Part shown: one piece after another, positions 31,594 to 41,322 of the stretch
How the letters are laid out: the number at the start of each line of letters is the position of its first letter
Position numbering within the stretch: the first letter of the stretch is position 1
NCBI GenBank assembly: GCA_011620275.1
Contig: WOZK01000012.1
Span: 31,665 to 95,664 of the forward strand
Direction: 5' to 3'
Source: Candidatus Omnitrophota bacterium
Lineage (GTDB): Bacteria > Omnitrophota > Gorgyraeia > Gygaellales > Profunditerraquicolaceae
DNA: 64,000 nt
Position numbers and translations under genes: made by a program
The notes under the pieces: generated by a model
Database searches by the model: none
What the model saw: only the letters and a program-made list of their open reading frames with translations
What the model was told of the DNA's origin: nothing

Positions 31594-34223
31594 ATCTCCG
31601 CCCGCTCCGCCAATTCCTTGAACTTAAGCAGCGCCTCCTCAATCTTGTCCGGACGGCTGCCGCCGGCCTGCGCAAAATCCGCCCTGCCCCCTCCGCTGCC
31701 TCCGATGACCGCCGCCACTTCGCCTATCATGCCGGAGACCTTTAACCCGCCGGCGCAAAGGTCCTGCGTCGCTCCCAACACCAGAAAAGCCCTGCCGCCC
31801 TTAACGCTTCCCAGAGCGAACAAGGTCGCCCGCGCGCTTTCTTTTTTGAGGCTGTCCACGGTCCTGCGCAAAACGTCCGGGTCGGCTCCAGCGATCATCC
31901 CGCTTACCAGCTTGAAATTATTTATCTTCTGCGCGGAGTCCAGCAGTTTCAGAGCCGAACTCCTGGCATTCTCCATTCGAAGCACAGATAATTCCTTCTC
32001 GAGATCCCTAATCCTGGACGCCTTCTTCTGCGCCTCTGCTACGAGCGCATTCGCTGGCACGCCCAGCGCCTCTGCCGCGGAAGATATAACGGCGTCCTTC
32101 TCTTTCGCCAACGCGTAAGCGGCGGAACCGGTCACAGCTTCTATCCTGCGCACTCCCTGCGCTACCGAACTCTCCTGCAGAATCCTGAACTGCCCGATCT
32201 GTCCGGCGAAATCAAGATGCGTGCCGCCGCAAAGCTCTTTGGAAATGCCCGGTACCGTGATTACCCGCACTTTCTCGGCGTATTTCTCCGCGAAAAAAGC
32301 CAGTGCTCCTTCGGATTTAGCCTCCTCAAGAGTCATCTCCCGCTTTTCCAATGCGGGATTCTCCAGCACGAACCTGTTGACGAGCGCCTCCACTCTGTCC
32401 AGTTCTTCCCGGGAAAGCGCGGAGGGATTGGCGAAATCAAAACGCAGCCTATCCTCCGCTACCATCGACCCTTGCTGCCTAACCTGGGGGCCGAGTACTA
32501 AACGCAGCGCCGCTTGAAGAAGATGGGTTGCCGTATGATTCCTGGCGACGTTCAACCTGCGCTCTTTATCAAGAACGCAGAGGACATCTTCACCCTTACG
32601 CAGTACCCCGGATATAACCCGGCAATCATGCATGACTATTTTATCTATTTTTTTCGTATCTATGACCTGGACCTGCGCGTCGGCGCCTTTTATCGTTCCC
32701 GTGTCGCCGCACTGACCCCCGGATTCCGCGTAAAAAACGCTGCGGTCCAGCACCACACGCACCCGGCCGCCCTGCCCCGCCTCTTTGATCTCTTCGTCTC
32801 CCGCTATTATCTTCAGTACGCGCCCTTGCGCCTCGAAGCTCGTGTAGCCGAGGAATTCCGTTTCAGGCAGCCCTTTCTGCCAGGTCTGCTCCAGGCAAAA
32901 CACGTCTCCTTGCATGACGCTCCCGGCCTTCGAACGGTTCTTCTGCAATTGCATCTCTTTCTCGAAAGACCCGGCGCTGAGCTCTATGCCCTGTCCGGCC
33001 GCCCAGGAGGAAGTAAGCTCAAAAGGTATCCCGTAAGTATCATAGAGCTGAAAAGCCGCGATACCGGCCTTGTGAGCGTCCGGAGAGGAACGAAAACACC
33101 CGAGCTTGGCTTCCAGCATGGTTTCACTGTCGGAAAGAGTCGTCTGGAACGACCGCTCCTCCGCGGAGATCACCGCTTCTATCCCGGCGGACCTTTCGGC
33201 GAGTTCAGGATAAGGAAGACTCATCGCCCGGGCCGCCACCGGCACCAATGTGTGCAAAAAAATCCTGTTGATCCCGATCCCTCTCAAATGGAGAACGCTC
33301 TTGCGTATGAGTTTCCTCACCACGTAGCCGCGCGCCTCGTTGGACGGCAGTATTCCGTCGTAAATCGCGAATACCGCCGCGCGCAGGTGATCGGCAACCG
33401 CGTAAACTTCGCTTGCCGCAACCTCGAGACCTCCGACAGGACAGCCTGCCTTGATGGCATCAACCAGCGGACTGAAGGCGTCGGTCTCAAAATTGCTCTT
33501 AACGCCCTGCATTACCGCGGAAATCCTTTCCAGTCCCATGCCGGTATCGATGTTCTTTTGCGGCAAAGGCTCCAGTATCCCGCCTTCCCTGCGGTTGAAC
33601 TGCGTGAAAACAAGATTCCATATCTCCACGTATCTCCCGCAGCCGCAGCCCGGGCCGCAATCCGGAGAAGAACAGGCAAACCCCGTACCCATATCAAAGA
33701 ATATCTCGGAACACGGACCACAGGGGCCGTTCGGACCTTTTTCCCTGGCGTCGGCCGGCCAGAAATTATCTTTGTCCCCCAGCCTGGCTATACGCGCCTC
33801 CGGAACACGCACATCCTCTTTCCATATGCAGTAGGCCTCATCGTCATCTTTATGCACCGATACGCTGAGTTTCGCGGGGTCTATCTGCAGCTCGACGGTA
33901 AGAAATTCCCAGGCCCAGTTTATAGCCTCCTTCTTGAAGTAATCTCCGAAGGAAAAGTTGCCCAGCATCTCGAAGAAGGTATGGTGGCAGTCGGTCTTGC
34001 CGACCTTCTCCAGGTCGTCCGTCCTTAGACAACGCTGCGCGGTGACCGCCCGGCTGAATCCGGTAAGGCAACCCATAAACTGCTTCTTGAACTGGTTCAT
34101 TCCGGCGGGGGTAAAAAGCACCGTCGGATCATCAGCCGGAACAAGCGAATCGCTCTCCACCACGCGGTGCCCGCGCTTGGAAAAAAAATCAAGATATTTA
34201 GCCCTTATTTCGTCAGTCTTCAT
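31590..34223 (-). CDS. alaS: alanine--tRNA ligase
   Basis: Class II AlaRS N-terminus MKTDEIRAKYLDFF, editing-domain HxxxH/CGGTH motifs and C-terminal DHHA1 domain; start at MKTD. Confidence 0.95.
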   Translation of the reverse strand: MKTDEIRAKYLDFFSKRGHRVVESDSLVPADDPTVLFTPAGMNQFKKQFMGCLTGFSRAVTAQRCLRTDDLEKVGKTDCHHTFFEMLGNFSFGDYFKKEAINWAWEFLTVELQIDPAKLSVSVHKDDDEAYCIWKEDVRVPEARIARLGDKDNFWPADAREKGPNGPCGPCSEIFFDMGTGFACSSPDCGPGCGCGRYVEIWNLVFTQFNRREGGILEPLPQKNIDTGMGLERISAVMQGVKSNFETDAFSPLVDAIKAGCPVGGLEVAASEVYAVADHLRAAVFAIYDGILPSNEARGYVVRKLIRKSVLHLRGIGINRIFLHTLVPVAARAMSLPYPELAERSAGIEAVISAEERSFQTTLSDSETMLEAKLGCFRSSPDAHKAGIAAFQLYDTYGIPFELTSSWAAGQGIELSAGSFEKEMQLQKNRSKAGSVMQGDVFCLEQTWQKGLPETEFLGYTSFEAQGRVLKIIAGDEEIKEAGQGGRVRVVLDRSVFYAESGGQCGDTGTIKGADAQVQVIDTKKIDKIVMHDCRVISGVLRKGEDVLCVLDKERRLNVARNHTATHLLQAALRLVLGPQVRQQGSMVAEDRLRFDFANPSALSREELDRVEALVNRFVLENPALEKREMTLEEAKSEGALAFFAEKYAEKVRVITVPGISKELCGGTHLDFAGQIGQFRILQESSVAQGVRRIEAVTGSAAYALAKEKDAVISSAAEALGVPANALVAEAQKKASRIRDLEKELSVLRMENARSSALKLLDSAQKINNFKLVSGMIAGADPDVLRRTVDSLKKESARATLFALGSVKGGRAFLVLGATQDLCAGGLKVSGMIGEVAAVIGGSGGGRADFAQAGGSRPDKIEEALLKFKELAERAEI

Positions 34224-34743
34224 ATTCGTCCCCGGCGGCATGGCCGCCAAAAAATCTCTCCGTCACATTTGCTACAACCCCGGGGCAGAAACCGCGCCGC
34301 GATAAAAAAGCGAACAGCCGGCGTTTCAGTTTCAGCTTCTCGCCGCCGCGCAGCAGCGAACGTTTCCTGGAGATAACAAGCTCTATAGCCGCCTTTTCCT
34401 CTGAATAACCGCCTGCCAGGAGCCTGTCAAGCGCCCTCTCCGCCAAAATCCGCTCCACGCCTTTAGAAGACAGTTCCCTGCCTATGCGTGAAAGGCCGTA
34501 GGAACGCGCCGCCCTGCTCTGCGCCCAGGCGCGTGCGAAAGACGCGTCATCCAGGAATTTCTTGTCCTGCAGAAAAGAAATCGTATCCGCAACGGCGGCC
34601 GGAGAAAAACCTTTCTTCTGCAGCCGGAATTCCATTTCCCGCACGCTGCGCGGCCTGAACTTCAATAAGAGAAAGGCGTACCGCAGAGCTTCAACCAGGC
34701 CGCCTTCTACCGGATCCCTCTTCTTTAACACTTGGCTTTCCAA
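34213..34743 (-). CDS. recX: recombination regulator RecX
   Basis: 176 aa; three-repeat helical RecX fold; downstream of recA; the ORF-track start is TTG at 34741-34743 and the true start is uncertain (GTG at 34729 is possible). Confidence 0.75.
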   Translation of the reverse strand: MESQVLKKRDPVEGGLVEALRYAFLLLKFRPRSVREMEFRLQKKGFSPAAVADTISFLQDKKFLDDASFARAWAQSRAARSYGLSRIGRELSSKGVERILAERALDRLLAGGYSEEKAAIELVISRKRSLLRGGEKLKLKRRLFAFLSRRGFCPGVVANVTERFFGGHAAGDEYED

Positions 34744-34860
34744 TTAGCCAAAGTATAACGCACGAGCGAATACTTGGCACTCCGATTAGCCAAGGTATAA
34801 CGCACGAGCGAATACTTGGCTTTCCAATTAGCCAAGGTATTATTTCGATAGGCTAAGGTA
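34727..34860. repeat. tandem array of ~42-bp hairpin-forming repeats (about 3.5 units) between recA and recX
   Basis: Unit AGCCAAGGTATAACGCACGAGCGAATACTTGGCTTTCCAATT with internal inverted repeat GCCAAGGTAT/ATACTTGGC; a related copy lies at 62561-62607. Confidence 0.8.
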
Positions 34861-34966
34861 AACCCGGCTCGAAAGCCGCGGATTTCTGCGGTTTGATGAA
34901 GATGGATTCCAGCGGTCATTTAAGCGGATTTTAAATACGGAAAAAGAACCGGGGACGACCTGCGCG

Positions 34967-36022
34967 TCATTTCTTCGCTTCAGCCGGAACACCGACGCTG
35001 CCCGCGGAGATCGCCTGGCGGAATTCTTTTTCCATTTCCTGAAAGAGCTTAGGCTGTTCTTTCAAGGCTCTTATCGCCACGTCTCTGCCCTGCCCGATCT
35101 TTTCGTTCTTGAAAGAGATCCATGTCCCGGACTTATCGACCAGCCCCAAGTTCATCGCCGCATCCAGAAGGCTTCCCATCTTTGAGATACCTTCATTGTG
35201 CAATATATCGAATTCCGCCTCGCGGAAAGGCGGCGCCACCTTATTCTTCACCACGCGCACCCTTGTCCTTCCGCCGATCACCCGGTCGGCCTCTTTCAGA
35301 GAAGCTATACGCCTGATGTCAAGGCGGACGGAAGAGTAAAACTTCAACGCCCTGCCGCCGGGGGTAGTCTCCGGATTGCCGAACATAACGCCTATCTTTT
35401 CGCGGATCTGGTTTATGAAGATAACGCACGTCTTGGAACGGTTGATGGCGCCGGTCAGTTTCCTCAATGCCTGCGACATAAGGCGCGCCTGCAGTCCCAT
35501 GTGGGAATCGCCCATCTCGCCTTCTATCTCGGCGCGCGGAGTTAACGCCGCCACCGAATCTATAACCACCAGATCTACCGCGTTCGAACGCACCAGGGTT
35601 TCGGTGATATCCAACGCCTGCTCTCCGGTATCCGGCTGGGAAATAAGCAGGTCATCGAGATTAACGCCTATCACGTTGCCGGCATAAGCCGAGTCAAAGG
35701 CGTGTTCCGCGTCGATAAAAGCCGCCACCCCGCCTTTTTTCTGGATCTCACGTATCACGCTCAGAGTAAGAGTGGTCTTACCGGATGCTTCCGGACCGAA
35801 AACCTCGATCACCCTCCCTTTGGGAAGACCACCTACCCCCAGCGCCCAGTCAAGGGTATAAGAACCGGTCGGGATCACCTCCACGTCTATCTTTACGTCC
35901 CCGCCCAGGGTCATAATGGAACCTTTACCATGATGCTTCTCTATCTGGGAAAGGGCCAATTCAAGGGCTTTCTTGCGGTCGTTTATCTCTTTAGATTCCT
36001 CTTTTTTCTTTTCAACCGGCAT
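34967..36022 (-). CDS. recA: recombinase RecA
   Basis: 351 aa; GPEASGKTT Walker A and full RecA family sequence. Confidence 0.98.
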   Translation of the reverse strand: MPVEKKKEESKEINDRKKALELALSQIEKHHGKGSIMTLGGDVKIDVEVIPTGSYTLDWALGVGGLPKGRVIEVFGPEASGKTTLTLSVIREIQKKGGVAAFIDAEHAFDSAYAGNVIGVNLDDLLISQPDTGEQALDITETLVRSNAVDLVVIDSVAALTPRAEIEGEMGDSHMGLQARLMSQALRKLTGAINRSKTCVIFINQIREKIGVMFGNPETTPGGRALKFYSSVRLDIRRIASLKEADRVIGGRTRVRVVKNKVAPPFREAEFDILHNEGISKMGSLLDAAMNLGLVDKSGTWISFKNEKIGQGRDVAIRALKEQPKLFQEMEKEFRQAISAGSVGVPAEAKK

Positions 36023-36219
36023 AAATACCTCCGCGTTCCTGCGGCATTAATAAAAATTAACCATTATCTTGATTAAGGTTTGTAAACTAAGGGCGTTTAC
36101 CCTAACGTCCCGCACAGCAAGACGTTATTATAACCCACCCCTTTTACCGTGTCAAACAAATAATCCCCCCCCTGGGGGCCCCCTGGGGCCGTTTCAAAAT
36201 CACCTGCGATACGGCAAAT

Positions 36220-37731
36220 TCACTGTCTGCGTATGCTGTAAAGCCCGCCAGACATTGCGTCCAGATAAGCGGTCAATTCCCGAAGTCGTATCTCTTTATC
36301 GAAACGGCGCTTCCTGTCTTCCAGTCGCATATTTGCCAGCTCATGCCGCACGCGCAAGCGTTCGAAATAAGCCTTGGTCACCTGCTCTATTATCTCCTGA
36401 CGCAATTCCGCGGTAAGCTTGGACCGCACGTCTATGGAGGTCTGGGCGTCGTTCCAGATCAAATCACCAAGTTCCCAGACCAAGGCAACCGACCACTCCT
36501 GCGTATATCTTCCTTTGCGCAAGCAATCATCCTCTTGTCTGGTAGTAGAGCCTCCCTCCCAGTGCCAGCGATCGGTGCCGTTACGATCGGCAGAGACCGA
36601 TACCCTGGGGAGCCAGCCGCGCGCCGCCGCCAGTTTCCTCCAGCGAAATATCTTTTCCTGGCCGGAATCGGTAAGCGCTATAGACGCTTCCACTACCTCC
36701 CGTATGCCCGGTTCTCCTTCTTCTTCGGCAGGAGGACGCGAATCTACGGGGTACGCAGGAGGCCCCAATACGCCGGTCTCTACGATACCGCTATCGCAGA
36801 GAAGTAAAAGCCTTCCGGGAGCCGCCACAGCTATTTCGTTTATTCTTCTAATACCGGCGGGAACGCCCGCTTCCGACCAGTACCCTATGGAGGGATAATA
36901 AACGAAAACTTCTCTCCCGTCCGTCGCATAGATCTCTCCCCCGTATCCGGCCGTGACCGCGGACAAAGGATACCGGGGCAGGCCCTGCGCGCTCAATTCT
37001 TCAAACTGCCCGTCGGAGCTCTGCGCCAGATAAATGCGTCCGCGGCAGTAAGCGCACACTCCGCCGTGCGGGAGCGCGGCGATCAGCGCGTTGCCGCTTG
37101 CCCGGGCCTCCTGCGCCGGCTCATCATCCCCGCCGCCGGGTTCATCTTCTCCCTCGGGAACAGCGCCGCAGGACAAAATCCTGTCCCAGGTATTCCCGTT
37201 ATCAAAGCTCTCGTAGATCCCGTTCGAGGCCGCCAGATAAATACCGTCTCGCGCGCCGCGGCAAAGCCGATAAACAGGCATAGACGACAACGCCCCCCCG
37301 GCCTTAACCCAGTGCCCTCCGTTATCGTCGCTAATGACCAATCCGTCCTCTCCGGCGGCAAGGACTCTGCTTCCGGAACAAAGAATCGAGAACAAACCTT
37401 TACCCCTGAACACCCGCCGCCATTCCCTGCCGCCGTCAGAGCTGCAATATACCCCGGTGGAAGAAGCGGCAAAGATAGTGCCGCCGGAGCCGGAAAATGC
37501 CCGCACCTCGCCTTTGATTCCGCGAGTCCTTCCGTAACGCTCCCAGTTCAATCCCCGGTCCTCGCTTTTCCAGACCGTATCCTTTGAACCGGACAGAAAA
37601 ACGTTACCGCCGAGAAACAGGACGCAAAAGGCGTCTTTTACCGAAACGCTGTCCTCTCCGCTTGCCTTTTTCAACGGTACAGGCGCTGAAAGGAACAGCG
37701 GCAGGAAGGCGATCACGCACCATTTACGCAT
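36220..37731 (-). CDS. secreted BNR/Ycf48-like beta-propeller repeat protein
   Basis: Signal peptide; repeated S.DGG..W / SxDxGxTW BNR-like motifs (SEDRGLNWER, SSDGGREWRR, SDDNGGHWVK, SFDNGNTWDR). Confidence 0.6.
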   Translation of the reverse strand: MRKWCVIAFLPLFLSAPVPLKKASGEDSVSVKDAFCVLFLGGNVFLSGSKDTVWKSEDRGLNWERYGRTRGIKGEVRAFSGSGGTIFAASSTGVYCSSDGGREWRRVFRGKGLFSILCSGSRVLAAGEDGLVISDDNGGHWVKAGGALSSMPVYRLCRGARDGIYLAASNGIYESFDNGNTWDRILSCGAVPEGEDEPGGGDDEPAQEARASGNALIAALPHGGVCAYCRGRIYLAQSSDGQFEELSAQGLPRYPLSAVTAGYGGEIYATDGREVFVYYPSIGYWSEAGVPAGIRRINEIAVAAPGRLLLLCDSGIVETGVLGPPAYPVDSRPPAEEEGEPGIREVVEASIALTDSGQEKIFRWRKLAAARGWLPRVSVSADRNGTDRWHWEGGSTTRQEDDCLRKGRYTQEWSVALVWELGDLIWNDAQTSIDVRSKLTAELRQEIIEQVTKAYFERLRVRHELANMRLEDRKRRFDKEIRLRELTAYLDAMSGGLYSIRRQ

Positions 37732-37897
37732 AAGACTCCTCCTTTCGTTTTAAATACACAAGTATTCTCTTTATTTAATAGACGGTGCAAGGAGGGAAAA
37801 TCTAACGGACAATTCTTAACGCCGCCTTGGGTCGGCCGATAATGGGCAAGAGTTCATCGTGCGGGCCGAAGAGAAGAGAAAAAAAACGGAGGGTTCT

Positions 37898-40003
37898 TTA
37901 TAATTCCAGTTCGCGGAATTTTTTGCGCAGGTCGTAAAAAGCCGGCATATCTATTTCTCTCAAAACGGTCTGCGCCTTACGCAGGTATTCCCTGGCCTCC
38001 TGTTTTCGCCGGGCGGATTTACAGATAAAGGCCAGATGGCAGTATGCCTCCGCCAATTCCGGCACTGCTCCGGCCTTGACGGCATTGGCTTCCGCCGTCA
38101 TAAACGAACGCTCCGCGGAAACATAGTCTCCGGTCTCCAGGTACAATTCTCCTATCATATTGTGGTCTCCGGCGATATTGGCATAATTACGCTGTTTAAT
38201 ATCCAATTTCAGCCCTTTCAAATAAAGCTCCAGAGCCCGGGGGTAATCCTTCTCCAGTAGAAAAACCTCCCCCAAATTAAAATAGCAATCGCTAAGCTCT
38301 TCCCCGGCTCCGAGACGCTCGAAAATACGCTGGCTTTTCAGGTAAAACTTTTTTGCCGCCGAATAATCGTCTTTGTTGACGAAAACAAGGCCGATATCGA
38401 AATAATCGCAGGCAAGATTGTATTTATGACGGTATATCCACTGTTTTTCCCTGTTGATATCCGAGCTCTTAGTCAATAATTCCAGGGCGGCGTCATAATT
38501 CCCTGCGTCGATCTGCCAAACCGCCATCCTGCGCAGAACCAGCGCTTCATTCAGACGGTCATGGTTTTCTCTCGCCAGCGCCAGGGACTTGCTGTAGAAC
38601 CCGGCCGCCCCGGCGTGTTTACCCTGCATCTGATATATCCAGCCGATACCGGCATAGGCGCAGGAGAGACCGCTTTGATAACCGTTCTCCGCGCATTGCT
38701 TGGCAAGCTCGTAATAACACTCCAGCGCCTCCTTGCGCCGTCCGGACTGCTCGTAAATTTCCCCCAGGAAACGGTATGCCGCCACACAACGGGGAGTTTT
38801 GTTTACGATGTCCCTGAAAACGGCAGCGGCCGCGGCATGCTCTCCGCCGCGAAACATCCTCCGGCCCTTAAGTAAAAGCAGGTAATTGCTCTCTTCTTCC
38901 TGCGCGGAGGGGCCAAAAAGAAGCACGGCTCCCGTCATCAAGGCAGCAGCCGCGGTCTTCCAGTTCCTTCGCAGACGGTTGCCTGCGATGGAGATCCGCC
39001 GCCGCTCGTAAAGCACGGTATCCGGTCTGCCGTATAACACATACCTGCTCCATGTCCCGATACGCGAAGACTGGGAATATCTGCATAAGCGCACGATTTC
39101 CGCTATGGACAGCCCGCCCCGCAGCCGGCGGTAGAACCCGGCGGCAAAATCCCTGCAGGCGGCGTCCTGCGCAGCCGCGATCGTCCCCAGGTAATGCATA
39201 GTCCCGTGCAGCAGGAAGGAACCGGCTAACGACGGCAAGCCCCGCCGCCCTGCCGCAGAAACGCAGGCATTAGCGAAAACAAACGAAGGAAGAGCTGAAA
39301 CCCCGGCGGCCTGCATGACGTCTTCGGCGCCGAATATCCCGTCGTTGAGCACCCATCCCCCTTTTACCCCCGGCAGGCAATGCCCGGCGAAGTGGATCAT
39401 ATCGTAGCGTCCAAGGGCCTCGCGCAGGAACATCTTGCCGGCGGGAAAAGACCTGAAATCAACGCTTATGCCCGGCAGGCGCGACAGGATACCTTTTATT
39501 TCCAACCCTTCCGCATAGGCGTAAGGCAATCCTCCTGCGGGGTCGGCGAGTACGAGCGCTCTCGCCGGAAACGGCGGTCTCTCTCTGCGGACGTAATCTT
39601 TTTCCCCACGGTAACGCAGTATCCTCGAACAGGCAAACCTGCGGCAGAGAAAATCAGTCCCGTCATAAGCGAGTTCCCACGGCACCTCGACAAGCCGTTC
39701 GTCGAGCAGTATCAAAAGGGTTCTCCGTCCGCTCCCGGAAAGGATTTCCCTGACCCGTGACGGAAATACGGATTTCCATAACAACCGGCCGGAGGAAATC
39801 ATCTCCCGTGCGCCGTCTTCTCCCGGAATATATAAACCGCGGGTAGAAGAAAAGAAAGGGAACCTGCCGCATAGAGAATTCAGTTCCTCGGCGGGGAAAC
39901 CGCAGCGCAGGTGGCGTCTGACCGGAGAGCACTCCATATCTTTTCGATCGAAAACGCCGAGAAATATCTCCCCGTCTTCCAGTAAGATCTCTGCTATCAG
40001 CAA
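37898..40003 (-). CDS. CHAT-domain (caspase-like) protein with one TM helix and C-terminal TPR repeats
   Basis: 701 aa; CHAT His/Cys dyad motifs MIHFAGHC and VFANACVSA; hydrophobic segment TAAAALMTGAVLLFGP; at least 6 TPR-like repeats in the C-terminal ~320 aa. Confidence 0.65.
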   Translation of the reverse strand: MLIAEILLEDGEIFLGVFDRKDMECSPVRRHLRCGFPAEELNSLCGRFPFFSSTRGLYIPGEDGAREMISSGRLLWKSVFPSRVREILSGSGRRTLLILLDERLVEVPWELAYDGTDFLCRRFACSRILRYRGEKDYVRRERPPFPARALVLADPAGGLPYAYAEGLEIKGILSRLPGISVDFRSFPAGKMFLREALGRYDMIHFAGHCLPGVKGGWVLNDGIFGAEDVMQAAGVSALPSFVFANACVSAAGRRGLPSLAGSFLLHGTMHYLGTIAAAQDAACRDFAAGFYRRLRGGLSIAEIVRLCRYSQSSRIGTWSRYVLYGRPDTVLYERRRISIAGNRLRRNWKTAAAALMTGAVLLFGPSAQEEESNYLLLLKGRRMFRGGEHAAAAAVFRDIVNKTPRCVAAYRFLGEIYEQSGRRKEALECYYELAKQCAENGYQSGLSCAYAGIGWIYQMQGKHAGAAGFYSKSLALARENHDRLNEALVLRRMAVWQIDAGNYDAALELLTKSSDINREKQWIYRHKYNLACDYFDIGLVFVNKDDYSAAKKFYLKSQRIFERLGAGEELSDCYFNLGEVFLLEKDYPRALELYLKGLKLDIKQRNYANIAGDHNMIGELYLETGDYVSAERSFMTAEANAVKAGAVPELAEAYCHLAFICKSARRKQEAREYLRKAQTVLREIDMPAFYDLRKKFRELEL

Positions 40004-40012
40004 CGCCCCACC

Positions 40013-40690
40013 TTAACCTTTAAAAAGCAGCCTCACCGCCGCCAGCCTTACGCCCTCCGGAGACGATATCTCCAGGAGATAATCTCCCACCGGAACGCAA
40101 TCGAACCCTCCCACTCCTGCCGAAAGGACTTTAGATTCATATTCTCGCCCTCGGCAGAAGAGCGACGCCCGAATATCCCCGGGCGGTAGACTCCCGTGTA
40201 TCCCGCACCGGAGAGAAAAAAAACCGCCGGAACAGCCGGAAACCGTTATTTCAAACCTCAAGCTGTCCCGGACGCTTCTCAACACTGCTTTACCCGTTCC
40301 CTGCGGCCGTCTTCCTCTGGCGAGCCCCTCCAGCGCGTATCTCCTGGCAGATAATCCCCCGGACGCGCGCAAAAAACGGAAAATCCCATCTTTCCAGGAG
40401 AATTCGGCCTCGGGAAGCGCCGCTCCGGAAAAGAGCCCCTTCAACTCGGCTTTTCTTTCCTCTCCTAAAATAGGAGAGGAAAAGTCCTCTTCCGTTGCCG
40501 CGACGGAAACGATCTCCGCGCACCTGCCGCAGTCCAGAATATGCTCCTTTACGTAAGCCTCTTCCGGCTCCGTTAGCCTGCCCTCAAGAAAACAAACCAG
40601 AGTCTCTTCGTCCGGATGCTTGACAGGCATTACTCCGCGCGAAGCCTTCCACCGTTTATAAACTTTTTTTATTAATTGCCGCTCATCCAT
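40013..40690 (-). CDS. zinc-finger (zf-HC2 type) anti-sigma factor
   Basis: N-terminal HILDCGRCAEI H-x3-C-x2-C motif; start at MDERQ (ATG at 40688-40690) 4 nt after the ECF sigma stop; the rest of the ORF-track N-terminus is probably untranslated. Confidence 0.6.
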   Translation of the reverse strand: MDERQLIKKVYKRWKASRGVMPVKHPDEETLVCFLEGRLTEPEEAYVKEHILDCGRCAEIVSVAATEEDFSSPILGEERKAELKGLFSGAALPEAEFSWKDGIFRFLRASGGLSARRYALEGLARGRRPQGTGKAVLRSVRDSLRFEITVSGCSGGFFSLRCGIHGSLPPGDIRASLFCRGREYESKVLSAGVGGFDCVPVGDYLLEISSPEGVRLAAVRLLFKG

Positions 40691-40694
40691 CCTC

Positions 40695-41309
40695 TCACCC
40701 GTCCTTCCGGTCCGCGGCGAGGTCATAACCCCTGCTACGGAAACATTCGCGCAGCCTGCCGAGCACCCGTTTCCTGCGCATATCCACGGCCCCTCTCGAA
40801 CTGCGCAGCAGTTTCTGTAGATGCCCGAGGCGCAGGCCGCGTGCGAAATACAATTCCATAAAATACTTGTCCTCAAGACCAAGTCTTTCTATACAGCTTT
40901 TGAGATGATCTACCATTTCGCTCTCCTGCGCGGAACCCGCGGCGTCCGCCACCGCGTTACCTTGCGTAAAACAATATTCAACTTCCGGGGTCTCCTCCTC
41001 CTGATAAAAATGATGAACTCTGCGCGCGCGGTCTATGGTGGCGTTAAGCGCCACCTGGCGCAGCCAGCTTGCCAGGCTGCAGCCGTTTCTGGCCTGAAAA
41101 GTGCGAAGCTTACGGAAATCGTCTTTCAGCAAAGAAAGGAATATTTCCTGAAGTATATCCTGGGGATTGATCTCGGAAGCGGAAGCGCCTCTGGCCTTCA
41201 AGGCGTTATGGACGAAACTGAAGATAAGCTGGGAATACCTGTCTACGAATTCGCTCCAGGCCGCCTTGTCGCCCATGACGCAGCGCCGGATGAAATCCAT
41301 ATCATCCAT
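40695..41309 (-). CDS. ECF-family RNA polymerase sigma factor (sigma-70 regions 2 and 4)
   Basis: 204 aa; region 2 FVDRYSQLIFSFVH..DILQEIF and region 4 HTH near the C-terminus. Confidence 0.85.
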   Translation of the reverse strand: MDDMDFIRRCVMGDKAAWSEFVDRYSQLIFSFVHNALKARGASASEINPQDILQEIFLSLLKDDFRKLRTFQARNGCSLASWLRQVALNATIDRARRVHHFYQEEETPEVEYCFTQGNAVADAAGSAQESEMVDHLKSCIERLGLEDKYFMELYFARGLRLGHLQKLLRSSRGAVDMRRKRVLGRLRECFRSRGYDLAADRKDG

Positions 41310-41322
41310 ACGGGTATTTTGT

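Noticed and set aside
34727-34860. Possible mini-CRISPR array
   Set aside because: The sequences between the hairpin cores are themselves repeated, so there are no unique spacers. The unit length of 42 bp with an internal hairpin and no cas genes fits a REP-like tandem repeat rather than CRISPR.
34725-34919. 64-aa minus-strand ORF with internally repeated peptide (LANWKAKYSLVRYT x3)
   Set aside because: It is simply a translation of the 42-bp tandem DNA repeat array; there is no start context and the periodicity is at DNA level.
36023-36219. LexA/SOS box upstream of recA
   Set aside because: I scanned for E. coli-type CTGT-N8-ACAG, Cheo-box GAAC-N4-GTTC and GTTC-N7-GTTC patterns and none is present. 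Palindromes AGGGCGTTTACCCT and GTTTGTAAAC were noted but match no known LexA class with confidence.
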